Positions 28,244 through 35,259 of a stretch of 64,000 bases of DNA are shown piece after piece. Under the pieces are notes generated by a model. The model was given only the letters and a program-made list of their open reading frames with translations. It searched no databases and was not told the origin of the DNA. The position numbers and the translations under genes were made by a program. The DNA is from Candidatus Edwardsbacteria bacterium RifOxyA12_full_54_48. GTDB taxonomy: Bacteria > Edwardsbacteria > AC1 > EtOH8. Where the stretch lies: the NCBI GenBank assembly GCA_001777915.1, contig MFFN01000007.1, positions 4,807 to 68,806 on the forward strand. Direction: 5' to 3'. Position 1 is the first letter of the stretch. Each line of letters starts with the position of its first letter.

Positions 28244-28269
28244 TACCCCCTTGCCACAAAATAAAGGGG
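28223..28269. promoter_or_regulatory. two candidate NrdR boxes (28223-28238 and 28254-28269)
   Basis: aggCCATATATGGtgc has a perfect 10-bp palindrome core. ccaCAAAATAAAGggg matches 11/16 positions of the remembered consensus acaCwAtATaTwGtgt. The centres are 31 bp apart, as in known tandem NrdR boxes, and they overlap the -10 and the leader. Confidence 0.4.
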
Positions 28270-28275
28270 TACGTC

Positions 28276-28749
28276 ATGAAATGTCCAGCCTGTTCTTTCC
28301 CCAAGGACAAGGTGATCGACTCCCGCTTATGTAAGGATGGCCAGGCCATTCGCCGCCGCAGGGAATGCCTGCAGTGCCATCGCCGTTACACCACCTACGA
28401 GTACATAGAATCAGCCCTGATGGTCGTAAAAAAGGACGGCCGGCGGGAGGCTTTTGACCACCAGAAGCTTATTTCCGGCATCCGCCGGGCGGTGGAGAAG
28501 AGGCCCATCAGCATCGACGCCCTGGAGAGGATGGTTGAGACCATCGAGAACGAACTCCAGGCGGGGGGTCATAACGAGGTACCGGCCGACGTCATCGGGG
28601 AACATGTGATGAAGCATCTCCAGGAGCTGGACGGGGTGGCCTACGTGCGTTTTGCCTCGGTCTACCGTTCCTTCCGCGAGGTGTCCGAATTCGCCGATGC
28701 GGCCAAGTCATTCGCCGAAAAAACCCAGCAAAAAAATATAAAAAAGTGA
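28276..28749 (+). CDS. nrdR: transcriptional repressor NrdR
   Basis: Zn-ribbon MKCPACS...RRRECLQCHRRYTTYE followed by an ATP-cone. Confidence 0.9.
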   Translation: MKCPACSFPKDKVIDSRLCKDGQAIRRRRECLQCHRRYTTYEYIESALMVVKKDGRREAFDHQKLISGIRRAVEKRPISIDALERMVETIENELQAGGHNEVPADVIGEHVMKHLQELDGVAYVRFASVYRSFREVSEFADAAKSFAEKTQQKNIKK

Positions 28750-28756
28750 GGGAGCA

Positions 28757-31186
28757 ATGCCAGATAAAAACCGTGAGCTACTAGCCAGCCCGTCCACCCC
28801 CGAAACCCAGGAGCCTCCCCGCTTTTTATTTGCCGGAGAGAAGATCAAAGACCTGCACAGCTCTCTGGCCAACAAGATGTTCCATTTGGTCCAGAAGCGC
28901 AACGGCAATATAGTCAATTTCGACAAACGCAAGATCACCGAGGCCATCTTCAAGGCCGCCCAGGCGGTGGGCGGCACGGACAGCAGCGTCTCCGGGAACC
29001 TGGCCGACGAGGTGGTGCTCTTTTTGTATTCCTCCAAGGGCGATCATCTGCCCAACGTGGAACAGGTTCAGGATGCCGTGGAAAAAATCCTGATAGAACG
29101 CGGCCATGCCAAGACCGCCAAGGCCTATATTCTTTACCGCGACCAGCGGTCCAAGATCCGCCAGCAGAAGATCGTTGCCAGGCCCGATTCGGCAGAAGCC
29201 GGAAAGGAACAGGACGCCACCGATCTGGCGCTGTTCGTCCGGGTGTCGGACGACAACATCGTCCAGTGGGACCGGGAGAGGATCATCAGCGCCCTTAAAA
29301 AGGAGGCCGGGGTGGCCGAGGATATAGCCCACAAGATCGCCCGGGAGGTGGAGGACCAGATCATCAGCGCCAAGGTCAAGCGCCTGACCTCGTCCCTGGT
29401 CCGGGAACTGGTGGATGCCAAACTGGTGGAGCATGGCCTGGAGGAGGCCCGCAAGAAGCACTCCCGGCTGGGGCTTCCCCTGTTCGACGTGGAGAAGATC
29501 CTGACCGACCGCAACCGGGAGAACGCCAACATCCCCCACAATCCCGAGGCCACCAACATGTCGCTGGCCGAGACCATCAACAAGCAGTATGCCCTGGCCA
29601 AGGTCTTCTCCCAGGAGGTGGCCGATGCCCACTCCCGGGGCGATATTCACCTGCACGACCTGGGATTCATCAACCGGCCCTACTGTTCCGGGCAGAGCCT
29701 GGAATATGTCAAAAAATTCGGCCTGTCCCTGCCCAATGCCCTGTCCATCGCCAAGCCTGCCCGGCATGCCGACACCCTGCTGGCCCACATGGTAAAGTTC
29801 TCGGCCGCCCTGCAGGGGCATTTTGCCGGGGCCATCGGCTGGGATGCCGTCAATGTCTTCTTCGCCCCGTATCTGGTGGGCATGTCCGACCGCGACATGC
29901 AGCAGCTGGCCCAGATGATGATCTTTGAATACAGCCAGCAGTCGGTGGCCCGGGGCGGCCAGGCCATCTTCTCCGACCTGAACATCTACTGGGAGACCCC
30001 AAAGCATTTCGAGAACGTCCCGGCCATAGGCCCGGGCGGCGAGTATACCGGAAAGAAATACGGCGATTATCTAAAGGAGTCCCAGCGCTTCGCCTGGGCC
30101 CTGTTCGATGTCTACAAGGGGGGAGACGGCACCGGGCGTCCCTTCTTCTTTCCCAAGCCCCAGGTCCACATCACCGAAAAATTCTACCTGACGCCCGGCC
30201 ATCTGGATTTCCTCAACCATATCTCCCAGGTGGCGGCCGAGAAGGGCAACACCTATTTCGTGTTCGACCGGGGCGAGACCGCCAAGATATCCGAATGCTG
30301 CCGGCTGGCCTTCAAGCTGGAGGAGTCCGATCTGCAGGACGCCCACTTCCCCTGGAAGATGAGATATTCCGCCCTGCAGAACATCACTTTGAACCTGCCG
30401 CGCATCGCCTACCTGGCCAAGGGCGACACCAGCGCCCTGTTCAAAAAGATGGATGACTTCCTGCACCTCTCCGCCAAGGGCCACATTCAAAAGCGCAAGT
30501 TCATCGAAAAGCTGATGTCCCTGAAAGACCAGGGTCCGCTGGCACTGCTGGCCATGGAGAAGGACGGGGAGTCCTATCTGCGCCTGCCCCGGGTGTCGTT
30601 CCTTATAGGCATGCTGGGCCTGAACGAGATGGTCCAGATCCACACCGGCCAGGAGATGCACCAATCAACCGAGGCCTTCAAGTTCGGGTTGAAGGTCATC
30701 GCCTACCTGCATCTAAAGACCAAGGAGCTGGCCAAGGAATACAACATGAAGTTCGTACTGGAGCAGACCCCGGCCGAGAGCACCGCCTTCCGCTTTGCCA
30801 AGCTGGACCTGGAGCAATTCCCCAAGGAGGCCGAGAAGGTGGTCAAGGGCAACCTCAAGGATAATTCGGTCTATTACACCAACTCCACCTATCTGAACGT
30901 CTCTCATGCGGTCAACCCCATCGACCGGGTCAAGCAGGAGGGCAAGTTCCACGACATGATCGAGGCCGGGGCCCTGACCCATATCTGGATCGCCGATTCC
31001 CATCCTTCCCCGGAATCCATCGCCAATTTTGTCACCAAGACCTTCCGCCACACCCGCAATGCCCAGATCGCCTTCTCGCCGGAGTTCACCACCTGCAACG
31101 TCTGCAGCAAGGTCTACCGGGGCCTGATGGACGAGTGCCCGCACTGCAGCGGGAAGAGGGTCAGCGGGATTGAACGGATAAAGTAG
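28757..31186 (+). CDS. nrdD: anaerobic (class III) ribonucleoside-triphosphate reductase, lacking the glycyl-radical C-terminal tail
   Basis: N-terminal ATP-cone(s), a long NrdD-like barrel, and a C-terminal Zn site CNVC...CPHC. It ends ...GKRVSGIERIK with TAG at 31184-86, just before the expected xGY radical motif. Confidence 0.85.
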   Translation: MPDKNRELLASPSTPETQEPPRFLFAGEKIKDLHSSLANKMFHLVQKRNGNIVNFDKRKITEAIFKAAQAVGGTDSSVSGNLADEVVLFLYSSKGDHLPNVEQVQDAVEKILIERGHAKTAKAYILYRDQRSKIRQQKIVARPDSAEAGKEQDATDLALFVRVSDDNIVQWDRERIISALKKEAGVAEDIAHKIAREVEDQIISAKVKRLTSSLVRELVDAKLVEHGLEEARKKHSRLGLPLFDVEKILTDRNRENANIPHNPEATNMSLAETINKQYALAKVFSQEVADAHSRGDIHLHDLGFINRPYCSGQSLEYVKKFGLSLPNALSIAKPARHADTLLAHMVKFSAALQGHFAGAIGWDAVNVFFAPYLVGMSDRDMQQLAQMMIFEYSQQSVARGGQAIFSDLNIYWETPKHFENVPAIGPGGEYTGKKYGDYLKESQRFAWALFDVYKGGDGTGRPFFFPKPQVHITEKFYLTPGHLDFLNHISQVAAEKGNTYFVFDRGETAKISECCRLAFKLEESDLQDAHFPWKMRYSALQNITLNLPRIAYLAKGDTSALFKKMDDFLHLSAKGHIQKRKFIEKLMSLKDQGPLALLAMEKDGESYLRLPRVSFLIGMLGLNEMVQIHTGQEMHQSTEAFKFGLKVIAYLHLKTKELAKEYNMKFVLEQTPAESTAFRFAKLDLEQFPKEAEKVVKGNLKDNSVYYTNSTYLNVSHAVNPIDRVKQEGKFHDMIEAGALTHIWIADSHPSPESIANFVTKTFRHTRNAQIAFSPEFTTCNVCSKVYRGLMDECPHCSGKRVSGIERIK

Positions 31187-31199
31187 GTCCGGCAGAAGT

Positions 31200-31293
31200 A
31201 TTCAGTATACAGGAGACAGTATACTGTAGGGGCGAAGTCTCTTCGCCCCGGGCCTAATCCAGATAATAGTGCGAAGTCCCTTCGCCCGGACCC
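31200..31293 (+). repeat. direct repeat copy 1 flanking creD (contains hairpin GGGGCGAAG-TCT-CTTCGCCCC at 31229-31249)
   Basis: Aligns with 32599-32685 at roughly 85 percent identity by eye: ATTCAG..CAGGAGACAG..TAGGGGCGAAGTCTCTTCGC.C.GGGCCTAATC.AGA..ATAGTG..GAAG..CCTTCGCCCG.ACCC. Confidence 0.7.
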
Positions 31294-31315
31294 AAATGAT
31301 GCAGTTCAGCAAGGA

Positions 31316-32575
31316 GTGATCATGGCCAAAAAGATAGCCGCCATCGTCTTCGTTTTCTTCTGCACCGCCATGGCCTGGGTGATCCTGGGCGGGGTGACGG
31401 TGGACCGCACCAACTCCCAGGACAGCAAGCTCAAGCGGGCGGTGGGCCAGCTGTGGGGCACCACCCAGCGCCAGAGCGCGCCGCTGGTGTTCTACCAGGT
31501 CAGGCAGGAGCAGAAGGTGGTCAAGGCCACCGAGGGGGGCAGGACCGTCACCGAGACCAGGACCAGCCTGTCCGATTACTACCTGAACCTGGAATCCAGC
31601 GACATCAGGGCCGACCTGAGGCTGACCCACCGCAAAAAGGGCCTGCTGTGGTATTCCACCTATCAGGTGGATTTCGACGGCACCTACGGTTTGATCAACA
31701 GCACCTCGGATGAACGCCAGATCTGCTTCCAGTATTCCTTCCCCTCCCGGGACGGCATCTACGACGATTTCGCCATCTCGGTCAACGGCCTGCCGGAGAA
31801 GGAGCTGGTGCCCACCGACGGCAAGATCTGCAAATGGATCCGGCTGAAGCCCGGCCAGACCGCCCAGGTGCGGGTGGCCTACCACTCCCAGGGGCTGGAC
31901 CAGTGGTGGTACGTCTTCGGGGACAATATCTCGCAGATCCGCAATTTTAAGCTGGCCATGACCACCGATTTCGGGCGGATAGATTTCCCGGAGAACGCCA
32001 TCTCGCCCACCGCCAAGCATGCCCTGAGTAATATCGGAGGGACCAAGAAGGGCGGGGGATGGGAGCTAATCTGGCAGTACACCAACCTGATCTCCGGGAT
32101 CCAGATCGGCATGGATATGCCCAAGAAAATAAACCCCGGTCCCTTCGTCAGCAAGATCAGCTTCTTCGCGCCGGTGTCTTTATTCCTGTTCTTCTTCCTG
32201 GTGTTCATCATCACCGCCCTGCGCGGCATAAAACTGCACCCCATGCATTACTTCTTCCTGGCGGCGTCGTTCTTTGCCTTCCACCTGCTGATGGCCTACC
32301 TGGCGGACCACGCCGACATCTACCTGGCGTTCTTCATCAGCGCGGCGGTGTCGGTGTTCCTGGCGGTGTCCTATATGCGGATCGTGGCCGGGGCCCGCTT
32401 TGCCCTGGTGGAGACGGCCCTGGCCCAGCTGGTTTACCTGGTGTTCTTTTCCTACGCCTTCTTCTGGGAGGGATACACCGGGCTGGCCATCACCATCTGC
32501 TGTATTGCCACGCTGTTCGTGGTGATGCAGTTCACGGCCAGGATAGATTGGGATAAGCAGTTTTCGGGGAAATGA
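31316..32575 (+). CDS. creD: CreD-family inner-membrane protein
   Basis: N-terminal TM helix, a ~250-aa periplasmic part, and C-terminal helices with LHPMHYFFLA and FTARIDWDK. These match remembered E. coli CreD motifs LHPMQYLLVG and VTRNIDWY. Confidence 0.8.
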   Translation: MIMAKKIAAIVFVFFCTAMAWVILGGVTVDRTNSQDSKLKRAVGQLWGTTQRQSAPLVFYQVRQEQKVVKATEGGRTVTETRTSLSDYYLNLESSDIRADLRLTHRKKGLLWYSTYQVDFDGTYGLINSTSDERQICFQYSFPSRDGIYDDFAISVNGLPEKELVPTDGKICKWIRLKPGQTAQVRVAYHSQGLDQWWYVFGDNISQIRNFKLAMTTDFGRIDFPENAISPTAKHALSNIGGTKKGGGWELIWQYTNLISGIQIGMDMPKKINPGPFVSKISFFAPVSLFLFFFLVFIITALRGIKLHPMHYFFLAASFFAFHLLMAYLADHADIYLAFFISAAVSVFLAVSYMRIVAGARFALVETALAQLVYLVFFSYAFFWEGYTGLAITICCIATLFVVMQFTARIDWDKQFSGK

Positions 32576-32598
32576 GGGGCAAGTAGGCGGGTATGGGT

Positions 32599-32685
32599 AT
32601 TCAGGAGACAGGAGACAGTAGGGGCGAAGTCTCTTCGCTCTGGGCCTAATCAAGAAGATAGTGATGAAGGGCCTTCGCCCGACCC
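32599..32685 (+). repeat. direct repeat copy 2 flanking creD
   Basis: See copy 1. It is followed by a CCCTCC..GGAGAGGG hairpin-like element (32690-32722) and then an abrupt drop in GC. Confidence 0.7.
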
Positions 32686-32850
32686 CTCCCTGGCCCTCCC
32701 CGCAGCGGAGAGGGAATGGACATTGCGAAGAGGCGAGTTAATGTAAGAAAAAGCCAAGCGTTTAATGCTGTGAGTGTACTGAAATGAATTTTACTAAAGG
32801 TGCGTATTCAAATAACTATTACTAAGATTGTAGAAAAAATAGGGGGTTTT

Positions 32851-33093
32851 ATGGAAATTGTGAGAAAAGCACCTGCAGCCTTGAATCTTTTATGGAAAGA
32901 AGGTTTTTTTAAGAAGGATAAAAGTATAGCTGAAGTAGAAACTGTGTTGCACGAGAAAGGTTATAATTTTGGTTCTGCCACACGTAAGGCACTAGAGCGT
33001 ACAAAGTTTCTTATGCAAAAAGGTGAAAGGGGTAATAGGAGGTTCATACAGAAGCACCCATATGTGGAGATAAAAAATGAAAAACACAAGTAA
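32851..33093 (+). CDS. hypothetical small protein, winged-helix-like (island gene A)
   Basis: ATG 32851 follows an AGGGGG RBS. The LLWKEGFFKKDKSIAEVETVL...ALERTKFL pattern is paralogous to gene B. Very AT-rich. Confidence 0.5.
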   Translation: MEIVRKAPAALNLLWKEGFFKKDKSIAEVETVLHEKGYNFGSATRKALERTKFLMQKGERGNRRFIQKHPYVEIKNEKHK

Positions 33094-33400
33094 GGATTTA
33101 TTGAAAGTATTAGTAGATCACGAAAAACGTATATCGAGGTTAGAAAGTTCGGGCGCAAAAATTAAACCACCAAGAGTAAAGAAAAATATCTCTCTGCCAG
33201 ATCATATTCTTGCATTAAGAGACAAGGGTTTCTTTGCCAAACCTAAAACAGTAGAAGATACACAGAATAGGTTATCAGATTTCTATTCATGTGATAAGAA
33301 CCGTGTAGCAGTGGCACTATTAAGGTTATCTACCAAAAAGCAATTACGAAGAACTTCAACAAAGAAAAACGATAAAAATAATATTGCGTTTACATGGTGA
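33077..33400 (+). CDS. hypothetical small protein, winged-helix-like paralogue (island gene B)
   Basis: Overlaps gene A by 17 nt. ILALRDKGFFAKPKTVEDTQNRL...VAVALLRLSTKKQLRR resembles gene A. Confidence 0.5.
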   Translation: MKNTSKDLLKVLVDHEKRISRLESSGAKIKPPRVKKNISLPDHILALRDKGFFAKPKTVEDTQNRLSDFYSCDKNRVAVALLRLSTKKQLRRTSTKKNDKNNIAFTW

Positions 33401-34182
33401 GCAACATGAATAAACCCGATATAATAAAAAAAATAAAACTTATACAAATTAAAAAGAATACAATCCAGTATTATATTATACAATTATTAATTAAGGGAAT
33501 ACTAAACGACATAGTTGATTCGGCGGGTTTGGCTCATCTTATTAATGAAGAGTATCAAAGGAAGATTAAACCCTCAGATATTGTGGCATGCATTAAGCCC
33601 ATTGTTAGTAACGATATATTACGTAGTCTTATTATCAAAAAGGGTAAACGGTCATATAGGTATTGGTATCCAGCTTGGATAGCAAAGGATGTCGCTATTT
33701 CTAGGGTCAATAAAACAAAAGAAAAGGTATTGTTTATTACTGGACATGAAGCATGGTCAGACCAAAATAAAAGATTAAAAAGTATTTTCGATATTTTGGA
33801 AGGCGAAATAGATATCATCGATCCTTATTATGGATATAATACCCTGCATGCGCTATCATTATTTGGGAAAACAAGAAAGGTCCGTTTTCTAACTTGCAAT
33901 ACTGGTAATAGTGAAAAACGAGATATTACAAATTTTAATTTGCAGTTTGCAAGATTTAAAAAAGAATTTCGTAATATATTATTCAAACAATTTGCGTTAC
34001 CTGAAATACACGATAGGTATATTTTGTCTAAAAATGCAATTGTTATCATCGGTCATGGGATAAAAGATATTGGCAACAAAGAGTCCTTTGTCATTTATCT
34101 AGAGAAAGAATTGGTTTCCAAAATATTGCCAACACTGCGAAAACTATTCAATCTTAAATGGAGCAATTCAATAAATATATAA
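33394..34182 (+). CDS. hypothetical protein: N-terminal wHTH-like module + C-terminal MIT_C-type phospholipase-D-like domain (island gene C)
   Basis: ATGGTGA overlap with gene B. IDIIDPYYG...KVRFLT...IHDRYILSKNAIVIIGHGIKDIG parallels remembered human MITD1 C-terminal motifs (IEDPYIR...IHDREIRF.NGW.IKIGRGLDYF). Confidence 0.55.
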   Translation: MVSNMNKPDIIKKIKLIQIKKNTIQYYIIQLLIKGILNDIVDSAGLAHLINEEYQRKIKPSDIVACIKPIVSNDILRSLIIKKGKRSYRYWYPAWIAKDVAISRVNKTKEKVLFITGHEAWSDQNKRLKSIFDILEGEIDIIDPYYGYNTLHALSLFGKTRKVRFLTCNTGNSEKRDITNFNLQFARFKKEFRNILFKQFALPEIHDRYILSKNAIVIIGHGIKDIGNKESFVIYLEKELVSKILPTLRKLFNLKWSNSINI

Positions 34183-34313
34183 TAAAGTGCTATGTGGTTG
34201 TAGGCATTGTAGTTGCGATAGTTAGTATTTAATAAATTGTCTTCGTTTTTTTTTCTGCACCACGGGCTTGGATCATCTTGAGTGGGTGGTAAACAACTCT
34301 TGGCAATAAGTAA

Positions 34314-34333
34314 GGACACGGCATGCCGTGTCC
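34314..34333. repeat. perfect 20-bp palindrome GGACACGGCATGCCGTGTCC
   Basis: Read directly. It lies between the AT-rich island and the Gly-radical ORF and has no T-run. Confidence 0.8.
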
Positions 34334-34375
34334 CAACAGATAGATAAAATCAAAATAATATAAACGGAGGTCATC

Positions 34376-34663
34376 ATGGAACTGCAGGAACTGAAGGACA
34401 AACTGAGCGCCGAGAAGCACATCTACGACTTCACCGAAGAGGGCGGGGACGTCATCATCCGCAACAAGAAGCACGGGGTCAAGATCCGCTGCAGCGCCGA
34501 GGCCGTCGCCAAGCACGACTGGGCCACCATCAAGTCCCAGACCGTGGGCGGCCGGGACGTCAACCACATCACCCGGGTCACCGGCTATTTCACCATCGTG
34601 GAGGGCTGGAACAAGGGCAAGCTGGGCGAGCTCAAGGACCGCTACCACTCCCAGATCGCCTGA
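34376..34663 (+). CDS. stand-alone NrdD C-terminal glycyl-radical tail protein (95 aa)
   Basis: GGAGG RBS at 34366-70. The C-terminus NHITRVTGYFTIVEGWNKGKLGELKDRYH aligns with the class III RNR radical motif (E. coli TRRVCGYLG...NAGKQEEVKRRVKH). The N-terminal ~60 aa are unrelated to the Zn ribbon. Confidence 0.75.
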   Translation: MELQELKDKLSAEKHIYDFTEEGGDVIIRNKKHGVKIRCSAEAVAKHDWATIKSQTVGGRDVNHITRVTGYFTIVEGWNKGKLGELKDRYHSQIA

Positions 34664-34671
34664 TAGGGTTC

Positions 34672-34758
34672 GTCATTCCCTTGGAAGCTTGTCCTCGCGA
34701 AAGCGGGGAAGGGGATCCGGGGATATCAGAGTGGATTCCAGCCTTGCGCTGGAATGAC
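34672..34758. repeat. REP-like palindromic element (GTCATTCC ... GGAATGAC with internal hairpins)
   Basis: The outer inverted repeat is at 34672-79 and 34751-58. An inner hairpin ATTCCAGC-CTTGC-GCTGGAAT lies at 34735-55. Confidence 0.6.
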
Positions 34759-34799
34759 TATCCTATAATAATTAAATCTACAAGGATAAGGCATATACT

Positions 34800-35075
34800 A
34801 TGGAACTGAAAGTTTTCGGCCGGCCCACCTGCCAGGTCTGCAAGCAGGCCATGGAAAAGATCAACTATTTCCTGGACAAGTGGGAATTCCAGGGCAAGGT
34901 GCCGCTCACCTATTTCGACATGGACACGGTGGACGGCCTGGCCGAGGGTGCCTTTTACGAGGTGTCGGACATCCCCACCGTGGTCCTGCTGAACAACCAG
35001 GACGAGATGGACCGCTGGGTCAAGCGGCCCCCGCTGTCCAAGGAACTGAAGCCTTACCTGGATCCGGCGGTTTAA
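34800..35075 (+). CDS. small thioredoxin/glutaredoxin-fold redoxin (NrdH-like position in the nrd operon)
   Basis: 91 aa. CxxC active site FGRPTCQVCK and a cis-Pro-type IPTVVL motif. Confidence 0.7.
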   Translation: MELKVFGRPTCQVCKQAMEKINYFLDKWEFQGKVPLTYFDMDTVDGLAEGAFYEVSDIPTVVLLNNQDEMDRWVKRPPLSKELKPYLDPAV

Positions 35076-35259
35076 TCGTCTTTTAAAGCTTTTTGCCATC
35101 AAGACACCAAGGCACTAAACAGAATTTACCCTTTAATTAGGAATTTTAATAATCTTTGTGTCTTTGTGCCTTTGTGGTTAAGGGTATCTGTTCTTTAATA
35201 CCCTGATTAGCCTACAGTGTGGATATTGGGGTTTCTATGACATCACAATTGTAATTATC

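Noticed and set aside
31184-31321. nrdD and creD are in the same reading frame, separated only by TAG 31184-86 with no other stop for 129 nt. This raised the possibility of stop-codon read-through or TAG recoding.
   Set aside because: TAG is used as an ordinary stop elsewhere (glmS, the cyclase gene). The intervening sequence is the hairpin-containing repeat. A NrdD-CreD fusion makes no topological sense. An in-frame arrangement has a one-in-three chance.
32745-34260. Calling the AT-rich three-gene island, or the 7.4-12.3 kb island, a prophage, IS or integrative element.
   Set aside because: I could find no integrase, transposase, terminal inverted repeats or convincing flanking direct repeats. 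Only the compositional anomaly supports foreign origin, so no mobile_element feature is reported.
31187-34375. An intein or self-splicing intron interrupting nrdD at the Gly-radical site.
   Set aside because: - The interruption contains independent genes with their own starts and RBSs and two different base compositions.
- There are no intein splice-block residues and no homing-endonuclease motifs.
- The downstream piece has its own start codon and an unrelated N-terminal region.
- A group I or II intron core cannot be excluded by eye, but nothing suggests one.
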